Shown piece by piece: positions 44,109 through 53,505 of a stretch of 64,000 nt of DNA. The stretch comes from Planctomycetota bacterium (GTDB taxonomy: Bacteria > Planctomycetota > Planctomycetia > Gemmatales > HRBIN36). The stretch lies in NCBI GenBank assembly GCA_014584395.1, contig JACTMY010000006.1:59800-123799 (forward strand). Direction: 5' to 3'. Within the stretch, counting starts at the first letter, position 1. Each line of letters opens with the position of its first letter. The notes beneath the pieces are model-generated. The model searched no databases. It had not been told where the DNA came from and saw only the letters and a program-made list of their open reading frames with translations. The translations under genes and the position numbers were made by a program.

Positions 44109-45572
44109 TTGAGCACGCCAATCACCAACAAGCTCGAAGCCGATCGTTTGGAAAAGCTGCACGCCATCGAAGCCTTGGGGATCGATCCCTGGGGATGCCG
44201 GTTTGACGGCCGGCAGATGATTGGCGACGTCCGCAACCTGCCTCATTCCGATCAATTCGATACCGGCCCCGCGGTGCGGGTGGCAGGCCGGATCATGACC
44301 ATGAGGAAAATGGGAAAAATCCGCTTTCTGGACCTCGCGGATCGCACCGGCCGCATCCAGATCATGATCGGACAAAAGCAAATCGGCGAAACGGGCTGGC
44401 GCCTGGCGGAACTGATGGACTTGGGCGATCTGCTGGGCATTGAAGGCAAGCTCGGCACCACCAAGACCGGCGAACTAACGATCTTGGCGGACGCGCTGCA
44501 CTATCAGGCGAAATCCCTGCTGCCCCACCCCGACAAATGGAGCGGCATCGAGGACATCGAATTCGCCTTGCGGCATCGCTACCTCGATCTTTTTTACAAT
44601 GAAACCCTGCGCGCCAAGGCCGAACTGCGGATCAAGATGGTGCAAGCCATCCGCGAATACTTGAATGGCCGCGGGTATTGGGAAGTGGAGACGCCGGTCC
44701 TTCATGCCATCGCGGGAGGCGCGGCGGCCCGGCCATTTCGCACCCACCATCACGCGCTGGACCTGCCTTTGTTCCAACGCATCGCCCTGGAACTGCCCCT
44801 GAAGCGGCTCCTCGTGGCGGGATTTGACCGCGTTTACGAGATTGGCCGCGTGTTTCGCAATGAAGGCATCAGCCCCAGGCACAATCCCGAATTCACGATG
44901 ATGGAACTGTACGAAGCCTACGGCAATTACCATACCATGATGGACCTGACCGAGTCCATGATCGCCCATTGCGTAGCGCAGTTGGGCAAGGGCTTCAAGC
45001 TACCCTATGGCGACCGGGAGATCGATTTCACTCCCCCCTTCCAGCGGGCCAGCTATGCCGAACTCTTCGAGCGGCACGTCGGCTTTTCCATGGATCATCA
45101 GGAGAAAGCGGCTGAGCGCTGCCGTCAAATGCAATTCGATCCCGCCGGCAAGGACCACGACGTCCTGATCCAATTTCTCTTTGATGAGATCGTCGAGGAT
45201 CATTTGGCGGGACCGGTGTTTGTGTATGACTACCCCGCGTCCCTGTGTCCCTTGACCAAGCGCAAGCAGGGCCGCCCAGACATCGCCGAGCGGTTTGAGC
45301 TGTACGTCCTGGGTATGGAGTTGGCGAACGCCTACACGGAATTGAACGACCCCCTCACGCAAGAGCAGACGTTTCGCCAGCAATTGGCGGGTCTGTCGGA
45401 AGATGAGTCCATGGCCAAGATGGATGAAGAGTTCATCAAGGCGCTGAAGTACGGCATGCCGCCGGCCGGGGGGTTGGGCGTGGGGATCGATCGTTTGATC
45501 ATGCTCCTCACCAACAGCCAAACCATCCGCGACGTCATTCTCTTTCCCTTGCTGCGGCCAGAAAAGAAATAA
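44109..45572 (+). CDS. lysS: Lysine--tRNA ligase (class II)
   Basis: It has an OB-fold N-domain and class II motifs (FRNEGIS..HNPEFT; GGLGVGIDRLIMLL). The start is uncertain. TTG at 44109 (GAAGGTG upstream) gives a typical 487-aa protein. The in-frame ATG at 43908 would add 67 poorly protein-like residues. Confidence 0.85.
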   Translation: MSTPITNKLEADRLEKLHAIEALGIDPWGCRFDGRQMIGDVRNLPHSDQFDTGPAVRVAGRIMTMRKMGKIRFLDLADRTGRIQIMIGQKQIGETGWRLAELMDLGDLLGIEGKLGTTKTGELTILADALHYQAKSLLPHPDKWSGIEDIEFALRHRYLDLFYNETLRAKAELRIKMVQAIREYLNGRGYWEVETPVLHAIAGGAAARPFRTHHHALDLPLFQRIALELPLKRLLVAGFDRVYEIGRVFRNEGISPRHNPEFTMMELYEAYGNYHTMMDLTESMIAHCVAQLGKGFKLPYGDREIDFTPPFQRASYAELFERHVGFSMDHQEKAAERCRQMQFDPAGKDHDVLIQFLFDEIVEDHLAGPVFVYDYPASLCPLTKRKQGRPDIAERFELYVLGMELANAYTELNDPLTQEQTFRQQLAGLSEDESMAKMDEEFIKALKYGMPPAGGLGVGIDRLIMLLTNSQTIRDVILFPLLRPEKK

Positions 45573-45615
45573 GCGCGTCTTCCCTCTTCGCACGGCGGAA
45601 GGTGGAGTGCATCTC

Positions 45616-46164
45616 ATGTACGACATCGCCAAAGATTTCGTGATTCCCTTGATCGCACCCGTGGTCGCGATCATTGTGCCGACCATTTTCTTCTACGTCA
45701 TCCCAAGCCGATGGAACCGGCAAAGCGCCGCCATCTCGCTGTTCAATTCCTTTTTCAGCGAAGACATGCGCCGCGCGCGGCTCGAGGCCTGGACTTTCTT
45801 CGTGACCGAAAACCACCAGGTGACGGCCGAAAGCATCAACGAACGCTTGGATCGCTTCTTGGTCTACTTGATCGAGCCGGCCGCGAACAAGCGGCTCGAA
45901 CAAGGCGAGCACGACATCTTTCAAAAAGTGTCCCGGGTGCTCGACTTTTTCGCCATCGTGGATGGTTGCCTGGAGCGCCGCGTGGTCGAGCCGCAAATGG
46001 TCCGTGCTTTCCTGTCCTACTACTATCTATGGTGGCGGGACATGGTCATGATCCCTTTGCGGTCGCGCCCCTTGGGCCAGTCCCAGCCCATGCGCGTGGT
46101 GCCGATCTGGTGGCATCCTTTGCGGCATCTCGACGCCATCTGCCGATATGAAACCGCCGGTTGA
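45616..46164 (+). CDS. Hypothetical N-terminally membrane-anchored protein (possibly DUF4760-like)
   Basis: ATG at 45616 is preceded by GGAAGGTGGAG. It has one N-terminal TM (VIPLIAPVVAIIVPTIFFYVI) followed by a helical soluble domain. The family guess is weak. Confidence 0.5.
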   Translation: MYDIAKDFVIPLIAPVVAIIVPTIFFYVIPSRWNRQSAAISLFNSFFSEDMRRARLEAWTFFVTENHQVTAESINERLDRFLVYLIEPAANKRLEQGEHDIFQKVSRVLDFFAIVDGCLERRVVEPQMVRAFLSYYYLWWRDMVMIPLRSRPLGQSQPMRVVPIWWHPLRHLDAICRYETAG

Positions 46165-46247
46165 CCCCGACGCGGTTCTTTCATGGCCAATCGGTCTTTC
46201 TGCTTTTGCCCCCTTTCCTCCGGCCAGGGGCTTGTTAGCATGTCTGC

Positions 46248-47309
46248 ATGGCCAAATTATCTTATCGTGACGCCGGGCTGGACTTGGACCTGTATGAAGA
46301 AAGTCTGGCCCAAATCGCCCCCCTGGTCCGCCGCACCCACACACCCAGGGTCCTGGATGGCTTCGGCGGCTTCGCCAGCTTGGTGAGCATTGATTTCAAT
46401 AGCCGCCTATTCGCCAAGAATTATCGCCGCCCCGTGCTGGTCAGTTCGACCGATGGCGTGGGCAGCAAGCTGAAAATCGCCATGATGATGCAGAAACACG
46501 ACACCGTCGGCATCGACCTGGTGGCGATGAGCGTCAACGATTGCCTGTGCGTGGGCGGGGAGCCGCTGTTCTTTCTCGACTATCTGGCCATGTCCAAGGA
46601 CGATCCCGCCCTGTCGCGGCAAATCCTAAAAGGCATCAGCGACGGCTGCCTCGAAGCGGAATGCGCCCTCGTCGGCGGCGAAACGGCCATCCTCCCCGAT
46701 TTCTATCAACCCGGCGACTACGACCTGGCCGGCTTCTGCGTCGGCGTCGTGGAAAAGGACCGCATGATCACCGGCAAGGCGATCCAGCCTGGCGACCTGG
46801 TCCTGGGCCTGGCCAGCACGGGCATCCATTCCAACGGCTACAGCCTGGTTCGCAAAATCGTCTTCGACCATGCCGGGCTGAAAGTGGATCAAATGATCCC
46901 CGATCTGGCCCAGACCGTGGGCGAAGCCCTCCTCGAACCGACGCGCATCTACGTTCGACCGGTCTTGAACGTGCTCCATCATTATGCCGTGAAGCAAGTC
47001 GTCCGCGGCATGGCGCACATCACGGGCGGCGGTTTGATCGATAACTTGCCGCGCATCCTTCCCAAGCAGTGCCAAGTGGTCTTGCGCCGCCAAAGTTGGG
47101 AGGTGCCCGCCGTCTTTCAATGGCTGCAAAAGCTCGGGAACATTGAACAGGCCGAGATGGATCGCGTCTTCAACCTCGGCATTGGTTTCGTCATGATCGT
47201 TCGTGAATACTATGCGGACAGCATCATCAGCCAACTGCAAGAAAGACAGTGCCCCACGCGCGTCATCGGCGAGGTCCGGCGCGGTCCCGCGGAAGTGATC
47301 TATGAGTGA
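46248..47309 (+). CDS. purM: Phosphoribosylformylglycinamidine cyclo-ligase (AIR synthetase)
   Basis: It starts MAKLSYRDAGLDLD and carries GGFASL, STDGVGSKLK, DLVAMSVNDCLCVGGEPLFFLDY and HITGGGL. Confidence 0.92.
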   Translation: MAKLSYRDAGLDLDLYEESLAQIAPLVRRTHTPRVLDGFGGFASLVSIDFNSRLFAKNYRRPVLVSSTDGVGSKLKIAMMMQKHDTVGIDLVAMSVNDCLCVGGEPLFFLDYLAMSKDDPALSRQILKGISDGCLEAECALVGGETAILPDFYQPGDYDLAGFCVGVVEKDRMITGKAIQPGDLVLGLASTGIHSNGYSLVRKIVFDHAGLKVDQMIPDLAQTVGEALLEPTRIYVRPVLNVLHHYAVKQVVRGMAHITGGGLIDNLPRILPKQCQVVLRRQSWEVPAVFQWLQKLGNIEQAEMDRVFNLGIGFVMIVREYYADSIISQLQERQCPTRVIGEVRRGPAEVIYE

Positions 47310-47323
47310 CGAGGCGAATTATC

Positions 47324-47539
47324 ATGAACGAGCCAACCCGGCTGGCGCCGCGGCCCTTGACCGATCTCACCACGGAAGAAGCTTACACACTGGCGGTGCA
47401 AGCGGGCACGCGGGAACTGCCCGATTGGAAGGCGATCGAAAATGAGGATTGGGGCCGCGACTTTCTGCTGCAATTCCTGGCCGAACTGCCCGCGGCGAAG
47501 CTGGCTGAATGGGGCCTCGTCGTTGCCCGCGATGCATGA
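47324..47539 (+). CDS. Hypothetical small protein (71 aa)
   Basis: ATG is 15 nt after the purM stop, with GAGG upstream. Composition is acidic and helical. I recognised no family. Confidence 0.35.
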   Translation: MNEPTRLAPRPLTDLTTEEAYTLAVQAGTRELPDWKAIENEDWGRDFLLQFLAELPAAKLAEWGLVVARDA

Positions 47540-47598
47540 GCCAACAAGAAGACCCAACCGCTATTGGCTGGGTCAAGAGACACGTTCGAGGTGATCGT

Positions 47599-47787
47599 TT
47601 AAGCAAGCGAGGAAAAGGCCGGTTCCGTGTTGCTCATCAGATCGCGATCCTTTTTGGCCATTTCATCCAGAATCACTGGATGCCAGGAGTTTTCTCGGCT
47701 AGGCCGGGGGACATAATTCTCACGTGCCCACCGGCGCATCCGCAACTCTTCGATAAAGTCCAACTCCATGGTCGATTCTTGATACAT
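47599..47787 (-). CDS. Hypothetical small protein (62 aa)
   Basis: ATG at 47787 is preceded by GAGGTGG. The protein starts MYQESTMELDFIEELRMRRWARENYVP... I recognised no family. Confidence 0.35.
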   Translation of the reverse strand: MYQESTMELDFIEELRMRRWARENYVPRPSRENSWHPVILDEMAKKDRDLMSNTEPAFSSLA

Positions 47788-47945
47788 GACCCACCTCTTT
47801 GCCGTGATCAACTTTCATCTGGTAAGCAATAATATCGACTAAGAACTCAAGTTCAAGCATGAATTCACGATGAGTTCAAAATTCCTCCCCCCTACGCATG
47901 GAATGGAGGACTCGACACGGAATATTTTACCCATATTGACCATTT

Positions 47946-48944
47946 TCAGTCAAATAGAATGGGAATGTTCAATGGCACAGGCTGCCCTTGCAGTTCGATC
48001 TGCAGAAAATCTCTTTCGTTCATTGCTGGACTGCGATCCCATGTGACCTGAATCTGGACCGAGCCTGGAGAAGAGCGAATCACCTTGGCTTGCACCGCCT
48101 TCGACGTGGACGAAAGCTTCGTGATGTTGATCGTTTCGCCGCGCGCATCGCGAAGTGTGATGACGCGATGAGGCTGCGAAGCCGTGGACTGGGTTCGAAA
48201 ATCCACCATGGGGGGAAGGCTCGTGAACCGCTGCGGCCCGCGCCGATGGATGGTGATGGGCAACTGCAGTAACGCATATTGTGGATCATTCGTGTGAATC
48301 AAGAGCCGCTCCTCATGCACGCCCACGTCAAATCCGCCCTCGATGGTCAGTTGAATGCCTAGCGGTGGTCGTGCCGTTGCACCGGCCTCCGGCTCGTTCG
48401 TTGCGATGGCTGCCTTGATCCGCTCCGAACTGCTCTCGACCTTGATCACTTTCAGCGAACGGTTGGAGCGAAGATCGCGGATGGTGATGTGATGCTGCGT
48501 GGTGCGCGTACCCCCATAAATGGTCAACTCCGCCGGGGAAATCTGCAGCTCCTGCTCCACGTCCGCCTTGACGATCATTTCCGCCGATTGTGCTCCTTGC
48601 GGGGTCTCGACTTGGAGTTGAACGCGCCAGCCTTGGGCCCCAGCGGGTCGGCCAAGCGTGTTGAACTGCAGATGCAAATGAGCGGTGCCGCCGGGGAGCA
48701 CGGTCGCGGGTTCGATGCGGTGGCGGGTGCAGCCGCAACTTGTTTTGATCTGCAGGACCGTCACGGGATAGCTTCGGGGGTTGTGCACCTGCACGGTTCG
48801 TTCGATCACCTGCCCCGCCTTGACGGCTCCCAGATCGAGCCATTCGGGATGAAAGCGCAGGCACGCCTCGGTCGGAGCCTGCGCCTGTGGCAGCAGACCC
48901 ACAAAACCGAACCACAAACAAGCCAACGTCCACCAATGCATCAT
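47946..48944 (-). CDS. DUF1573 domain-containing secreted protein
   Basis: It has a signal peptide (WWTLACLWFGFVGLLPQAQA). The DUF1573 hallmark follows: LDLGAVKAGQVIERTVQVHNPRSYPVTVLQIKTSCGCT. Further Ig-like repeats follow. Confidence 0.7.
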   Translation of the reverse strand: MMHWWTLACLWFGFVGLLPQAQAPTEACLRFHPEWLDLGAVKAGQVIERTVQVHNPRSYPVTVLQIKTSCGCTRHRIEPATVLPGGTAHLHLQFNTLGRPAGAQGWRVQLQVETPQGAQSAEMIVKADVEQELQISPAELTIYGGTRTTQHHITIRDLRSNRSLKVIKVESSSERIKAAIATNEPEAGATARPPLGIQLTIEGGFDVGVHEERLLIHTNDPQYALLQLPITIHRRGPQRFTSLPPMVDFRTQSTASQPHRVITLRDARGETINITKLSSTSKAVQAKVIRSSPGSVQIQVTWDRSPAMNERDFLQIELQGQPVPLNIPILFD

Positions 48945-49224
48945 GGCTCATCGACTCCCTGCCACAAGATTGCATGGATTCTGAATCCATGCCGACCTCG
49001 CCGGCAGCTATACACCAAGCCGATGAGTCTCGCAAGGCGAGCGGGCCGACCCTGTTCAATAAACCATTGAATTCAGGGAAAATAGCGAAGGTCTCTCATG
49101 GGGTCGCTTCAAGAGTAAGTCCGATTCATTTTCCATCTCAGGCGGGAAACGAGTCCATAAGATGGAAATGGTCCAGTGGAGCCTGGCGAGTGAGAGGGAG
49201 GTTTGAGAGTTGAGTCGATCCGTG

Positions 49225-49887
49225 ATGTATGAATTGCTGCTGCGCATCGCTCCCCATGCCATGGAATGGACGCTCATTCTCGCACCGGTGACGTTGTACA
49301 TCTTGTATTTGGCCATGTGGGTCAATGTCCGTAAAACGCCCAAGCTGGTCACCGGCCGCCGCAACGCCTGCCACCTATTACTGGCTGGTTCAGGCATCCT
49401 GCTGCTTGGACCGCCCACCTGGATACTGGCTTTTCTGCATCCCTATGGAGCCAAGGTTTACTGGGCGGGATACACGCTCTATGCGGCCGCGATTGCCATG
49501 CTCGCCTGGCGGTTTATTTCGCGACAAGCAAGGCGGTATCAACTCTTTCATGTCTCGCCCTTTGCCCTGCGGGATGCCCTCGAGTCCGTGCTCGCTGCCT
49601 TGAATCAACCCTACCTTGCCCAGTCCAGGCAGGTGACATGGACCGCGCGGCCATTGACCCTGGAAGTGGACATCTACCCCTTTTGGCGTTCGGCCCAGTT
49701 GCGTTTTTCCGGAACCGACGCCGCGCTGGAGAGCCAATTCATCGAACGTCTGCAGGAAGAGTTGCGGAGCATGGACCATGCCTCCATGGTGGTCCATTAT
49801 GTGTTAACCATCTGGGGAGGTCTGTTCTTGCTCTTCCACGTTTTATCGGTCGTCTTGTTCATTTGGTATTTGCAAGCCATCCCCTGA
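49225..49887 (+). CDS. Hypothetical polytopic membrane protein
   Basis: Four or five hydrophobic helices are visible. The track start is TTG at 49210; the first ATG is at 49225. I recognised no family. Confidence 0.5.
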   Translation: MYELLLRIAPHAMEWTLILAPVTLYILYLAMWVNVRKTPKLVTGRRNACHLLLAGSGILLLGPPTWILAFLHPYGAKVYWAGYTLYAAAIAMLAWRFISRQARRYQLFHVSPFALRDALESVLAALNQPYLAQSRQVTWTARPLTLEVDIYPFWRSAQLRFSGTDAALESQFIERLQEELRSMDHASMVVHYVLTIWGGLFLLFHVLSVVLFIWYLQAIP

Positions 49888-49908
49888 GCACGGCATCCAT
49901 GAAATGCA

Positions 49909-49939
49909 CCAAGCCCATGGGATGTTCCCATGGGCTTGG
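49909..49939. terminator. Perfect 14-bp stem hairpin between convergent genes (candidate bidirectional terminator)
   Basis: CCAAGCCCATGGGA-tgt-TCCCATGGGCTTGG lies between the stop of the 49225..49887 gene and the stop of the YTV gene. There is no clear U-tract. Confidence 0.45.
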
Positions 49940-49966
49940 CATCGGTTAACGGGTTAACGATTCTCG

Positions 49967-51859
49967 TTACTTGCCGGGGGCCGGCATCGGGCTCGGCTCG
50001 GCGGTTTTCTCCGCCGGGGCGCTGGTCGCACAACCCTGGCAAGGCGCATCGCAGCACAGACGCTTGGCGAAGATGCGCTGCAACAGGCCGGTGCACCGCG
50101 GCTGGCACGCACAGGGATCGCAAGGCTTGCAAGGTTCGCAAGGCTGGCAGCAGGGCTTGCAGCAAGGCGTGCGGCATTCCCACACCCGTTCCTTGCGAAC
50201 GCGGCACTTGCAGACGTCTTCGCACCAGGTCACTGGCACTTTCTTGACGCACTTGACCGGCACGCATTCCGTCGTCTGATAAGGCACCTTCACGCAGAAC
50301 GTGTAGGGCACTTGCTTGGCCACGCACACCGGGACGTGCTTGGTCACCTTGACCGGCACCTGCTTGGCGACGGTGTAAGGCACGCGCGTCACGACTTCCT
50401 CTTGCGTCATCTGCACGGTCGTCACCGGAACCTGGCGGGTCACCTGCTCCTGCACGGTGCGGGTCACCGTGTAGGGGATGCGCTGGGTCACGTTTTCGGC
50501 CACCATGCGCGTCACGACGCGAGGCGGATTCTGACGGACGATCTTGGCGCCTTCGACGAACCGGGTCGAGCCGGCGCCGCCTGGTCCCGCCGTCGCGCCG
50601 CCTTCGCCGGCCGTGCTGCCGCCGCTGGCACCGGCCGCGGCCGCTTCCGTCGGATGGCCAACGCCGCGGTCATCCACGTAGGCGCCGTAGATCGTGCGGC
50701 TCGTGGTGTAGGGAATCCGTTCCACCACGTTTTCCTGAACCATGCGGGTCGTCGTGATCGGGATGTCCCGGGTCACGGTTTCCTGCACGTTGCGGACCAC
50801 GGTGACGGGCACTTTGCGCACTTCGGTCGTCGGGACCATGCGGGTCACCTTGTAAGCGACGCGTTCGGTCACGCACTCTTCCACCATGCGGGTGCAAGGC
50901 ACTTGCTCGCAAACGACCTTGGGCTTCTTGACCGTGCGGGTCTTGACCTGCGGTGGTTCCTGGCACGTGACGAACTTCCAACCGCCGCTCTTCTTGCAGG
51001 TGTGTCCCGTGCAAGGATCGGTGTAGCTGCAGCCGTCTTCATGGACAAGGCGGACGTACTTCTTGCCGGGCACGCAGTAGGTCTCGCAGCAATCTTCATA
51101 GATCGTCCGCTTGACCATCTTCATCTCGCACACGGGCTTGCTCACCTTCTTGACCACGTCCTTGTAGCACGTTTCCTCGACCGGCTTGCACACGGTCACG
51201 CAAACGTCCTTGACGATGGTCTCTTGCACCGGCTTGCAGACGACGTAGGTGCACGTTTTCGTGACCGTTTCTTGCACCGGCTTGCACACCGTCTTGCACA
51301 CTTCGCGGTAATGCGTTTCACACACCGTCTTGGGGACCATGTATTCACAAGGCGGGTCCTGGATGGTTTCCTGGACGGGCTTGCACACAGTATAGGTGCA
51401 TTCCTTGTAGTGCGTTTCCTGGACGGGCTTGCAAATGGTTTCCGTGATCGTCTTCATTTCGGTCTTGTACACGGGTTTGCAAACGATTTGCTTGCATTCC
51501 TTGTAGTGCGTTTCATGGACCGTCTTCACGCATTCCTGCTCGACGGCCTGGAACTGCACTTCATTCACGGTTTTGTAGCAGGTCCGCATCTCATCGCGAT
51601 AGCAGGTCTTGGTCACGGGTTTGTAGGTGATTTCTTCCACCCTTTGATAGCACGTATGGAATTTCTTCTCGTGCACCGTGTCGTAGACCAGGCGATAGGT
51701 GGGACGCAAACGAGCCTTGAGCGCGGACAGACCACAAGGGTCGCCGCAAGGCCCACAATTCACCGCCGACGCGCAGCCGCAATCGCCCGCCGCGGCCATG
51801 CCGTAAAACGACAAGGCGACGATGGCGGACAACAGGGGCGCGACCCAGCGCATTCTCAT
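49967..51859 (-). CDS. Secreted Cys/Pro/Val/Thr-rich repeat protein with YTV-type motifs (planctomycetal cell-wall-type protein)
   Basis: ATG is preceded by AAGGAGG, and a signal peptide is present (MRMRWVAPLLSAIVALSFYGMAAA). There are at least six CKPV[QEY]ET repeats. (I/V)PYT(V/T) motifs occur (TYTVCKP, IPYTVTRTV, VPYTVAKQV, IPYTTSRT). A Gly/Ala linker is present. The C-terminus reads CCKPCCQPCEPCKPCDPCACQPRC. Confidence 0.75.
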   Translation of the reverse strand: MRMRWVAPLLSAIVALSFYGMAAAGDCGCASAVNCGPCGDPCGLSALKARLRPTYRLVYDTVHEKKFHTCYQRVEEITYKPVTKTCYRDEMRTCYKTVNEVQFQAVEQECVKTVHETHYKECKQIVCKPVYKTEMKTITETICKPVQETHYKECTYTVCKPVQETIQDPPCEYMVPKTVCETHYREVCKTVCKPVQETVTKTCTYVVCKPVQETIVKDVCVTVCKPVEETCYKDVVKKVSKPVCEMKMVKRTIYEDCCETYCVPGKKYVRLVHEDGCSYTDPCTGHTCKKSGGWKFVTCQEPPQVKTRTVKKPKVVCEQVPCTRMVEECVTERVAYKVTRMVPTTEVRKVPVTVVRNVQETVTRDIPITTTRMVQENVVERIPYTTSRTIYGAYVDDRGVGHPTEAAAAGASGGSTAGEGGATAGPGGAGSTRFVEGAKIVRQNPPRVVTRMVAENVTQRIPYTVTRTVQEQVTRQVPVTTVQMTQEEVVTRVPYTVAKQVPVKVTKHVPVCVAKQVPYTFCVKVPYQTTECVPVKCVKKVPVTWCEDVCKCRVRKERVWECRTPCCKPCCQPCEPCKPCDPCACQPRCTGLLQRIFAKRLCCDAPCQGCATSAPAEKTAEPSPMPAPGK

Positions 51860-52208
51860 GATAATGCCTCCTTGCGTGTAACCGACGTTCGTTGACCTTC
51901 CAGTGATTCAACGTTGCCAGGCGATTCGGCCATGGGGGGAACGACTCTGCCGAAGAGTCGGTTTGGGATGCTGGCGTTGACAGGATTTCACCCCTGATCC
52001 GCCCTCCATGGCTTGCCCACGGCGATTTCCTTGCCGTGATGCTGGCTCTTTATCGTCCGCGAGCGCGGCTAGCTATCACCAGCAACCGCCAAACTCGCGC
52101 GGCTTGCTCCTCTTCCCTAGACGGTGGTAGGCGGCGTAGGGGCTATGACGATCGTCCCTAGGAGACGTCCTTTTCGGACGGTGCTTGGGATAACGTTCCT
52201 GACGGCGG

Positions 52209-52251
52209 GAAACAAACAAACGGTCGGAAGCGGGGGGGCGCTTCCGACCGT
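52209..52251 (-). terminator. Rho-independent terminator (minus strand)
   Basis: There is a 13-bp perfect stem: ACGGTCGGAAGCG-gggggg-CGCTTCCGACCGT. On the minus strand it is followed by TTGTTTGTTT. It lies about 110 nt downstream of the 65-aa ORF. Confidence 0.65.
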
Positions 52252-52361
52252 TCAGGGGGGACAGGGAGGAGGTTTCGTTCAGACTCGGTTTCTAGACAAA
52301 AGCGGAGTGATGTATCAATTGGTCCGCCTGGACGGCGGCGGTTCGATGCGCCAATCAGGTT

Positions 52362-52559
52362 TTAGTTCAAGGATGGCCAAGCTGCCCGGCGTTGCAACTT
52401 GAGGCATTGCTTGCGGCACTCTTCGATGTCCCGGAGCATGCGCTCGGTCAAATAGATCACAAAGGGAGCATCGTCCGCCGCGGACAATTCGTCGTGCGTC
52501 GAGGTCAGCTTGGTCAGCGAATCACGCATGCGAAGCAATTCAGCAATGTGTGCAGGCAT
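52362..52559 (-). CDS. Hypothetical small protein (65 aa)
   Basis: The internal ATG at 52559 is preceded by GAGGAG. The protein starts MPAHIAELLRMRDSLTKLTSTHDEL... The upstream part of the 129-aa track ORF looks non-coding. Confidence 0.4.
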   Translation of the reverse strand: MPAHIAELLRMRDSLTKLTSTHDELSAADDAPFVIYLTERMLRDIEECRKQCLKLQRRAAWPSLN

Positions 52560-52860
52560 GATGATGGACTCCTCATTGGGTATTGACTTGGTTGATGACG
52601 GAGGGAACAAAAAGCAAGGTCGATGCCAAGAGCCAAAAATTCCCGGCAAGTTTTTAGCTGCGATGCAAAACCTGAGTACAGATAAGCAGTTATGGATTTG
52701 TGTTTTCCCTAGACGTGCGGCATGACCGATGGGGCGAATTTGTAAGATCATCTTGAAGAGCGTGGCAGCGAAGGCAATCCTTACAAAACGCTTACAAAAC
52801 TGATTTTGACTAAAGTCGGATGCACGCTTTGGCCGATATCAATTTGTTTGTCCGTCGCGC

Positions 52861-52897
52861 AGAAAATACAAAACCCCCTGGCGTTGACCGCAGGGGG
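52861..52897 (-). terminator. Rho-independent terminator (minus strand) of the zinc-ribbon membrane protein gene
   Basis: CCCCCTG...CAGGGGG stem. On the minus strand it is followed by TTTTGTATTTTCT. It lies 27 nt after the stop at 52924. Confidence 0.6.
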
Positions 52898-52923
52898 TTT
52901 GGCGATTTGGTAGATCGGATCGC

Positions 52924-53409
52924 TCAGCGCGGACTGAGATAGGCCGGGATGAACCACATCAACGTCAGCACCGGATAAATGAGGGCGCCAACCAATCCCG
53001 CGATGATGCCGAAGACGGCCCGACCCATGCCGGGTTTCTCGGTTTGCACGACTTGCAGCAAGGCCACGATGCCCATGATGATGGCCGCCACGCCCAGCAC
53101 CGCATTGATCATGCTGCAGTATTGCAAGACTTTCCTGGTGGTGTCGGCATCCGTGGGAAACGCGGTGATGGCATAGACCCAACCTAGAGCGGGTCCGGGA
53201 ATGAGCGCCAAGATGCCCACGTAACAAGACAGCATGGCCCAAAGATTGACGCCCACGGGAAACAGCCATTGCATGAACTCGGCCGATCCCCCATCATCCC
53301 CATGGTCTTCCTCATCGAGGAACTCGCCGCAAAACCGGCACTTGATCGCATTGATCTTGATGGTTTCGCCACAATAGGGGCATGGTTTCATATCACGGGC
53401 GTTTGGCAT
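52924..53409 (-). CDS. Zinc-ribbon plus multi-pass membrane protein (hypothetical)
   Basis: ATG at 53409 gives MPNARDMKPCPYCGETIKINAIKCRFCGEFLDEED (C4 ribbon). Four hydrophobic helices follow. Confidence 0.6.
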   Translation of the reverse strand: MPNARDMKPCPYCGETIKINAIKCRFCGEFLDEEDHGDDGGSAEFMQWLFPVGVNLWAMLSCYVGILALIPGPALGWVYAITAFPTDADTTRKVLQYCSMINAVLGVAAIIMGIVALLQVVQTEKPGMGRAVFGIIAGLVGALIYPVLTLMWFIPAYLSPR

Positions 53410-53505
53410 GGGGATAACCTGCGACAACCAAAGGATGGTGCTTGATCTACTCGTTTTAGGATTTCCGCTCAGCAATGCCTAGCCTGACATGAAGCGCTCC
53501 ATGAA

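Noticed and set aside
50312-51895. 527-aa plus-strand ORF, rich in H/R/G/L repeats (HLLGDGVRHARHDFLLRHLHGRHRN...).
   Set aside because: It is exactly antisense to the YTV repeat gene. Its periodic His/Arg pattern is the mirror image of the CKPV.ET codons. It has no signal of its own, whereas the minus-strand gene has a strong SD, a signal peptide and recognisable motifs.
52781-52800. Direct repeat CTTACAAAACG-CTTACAAAAC downstream of the zinc-ribbon gene terminator.
   Set aside because: There are only two short copies and no symmetry or conserved context that I can evaluate. It is probably chance, or part of the promoter of the 65-aa ORF.
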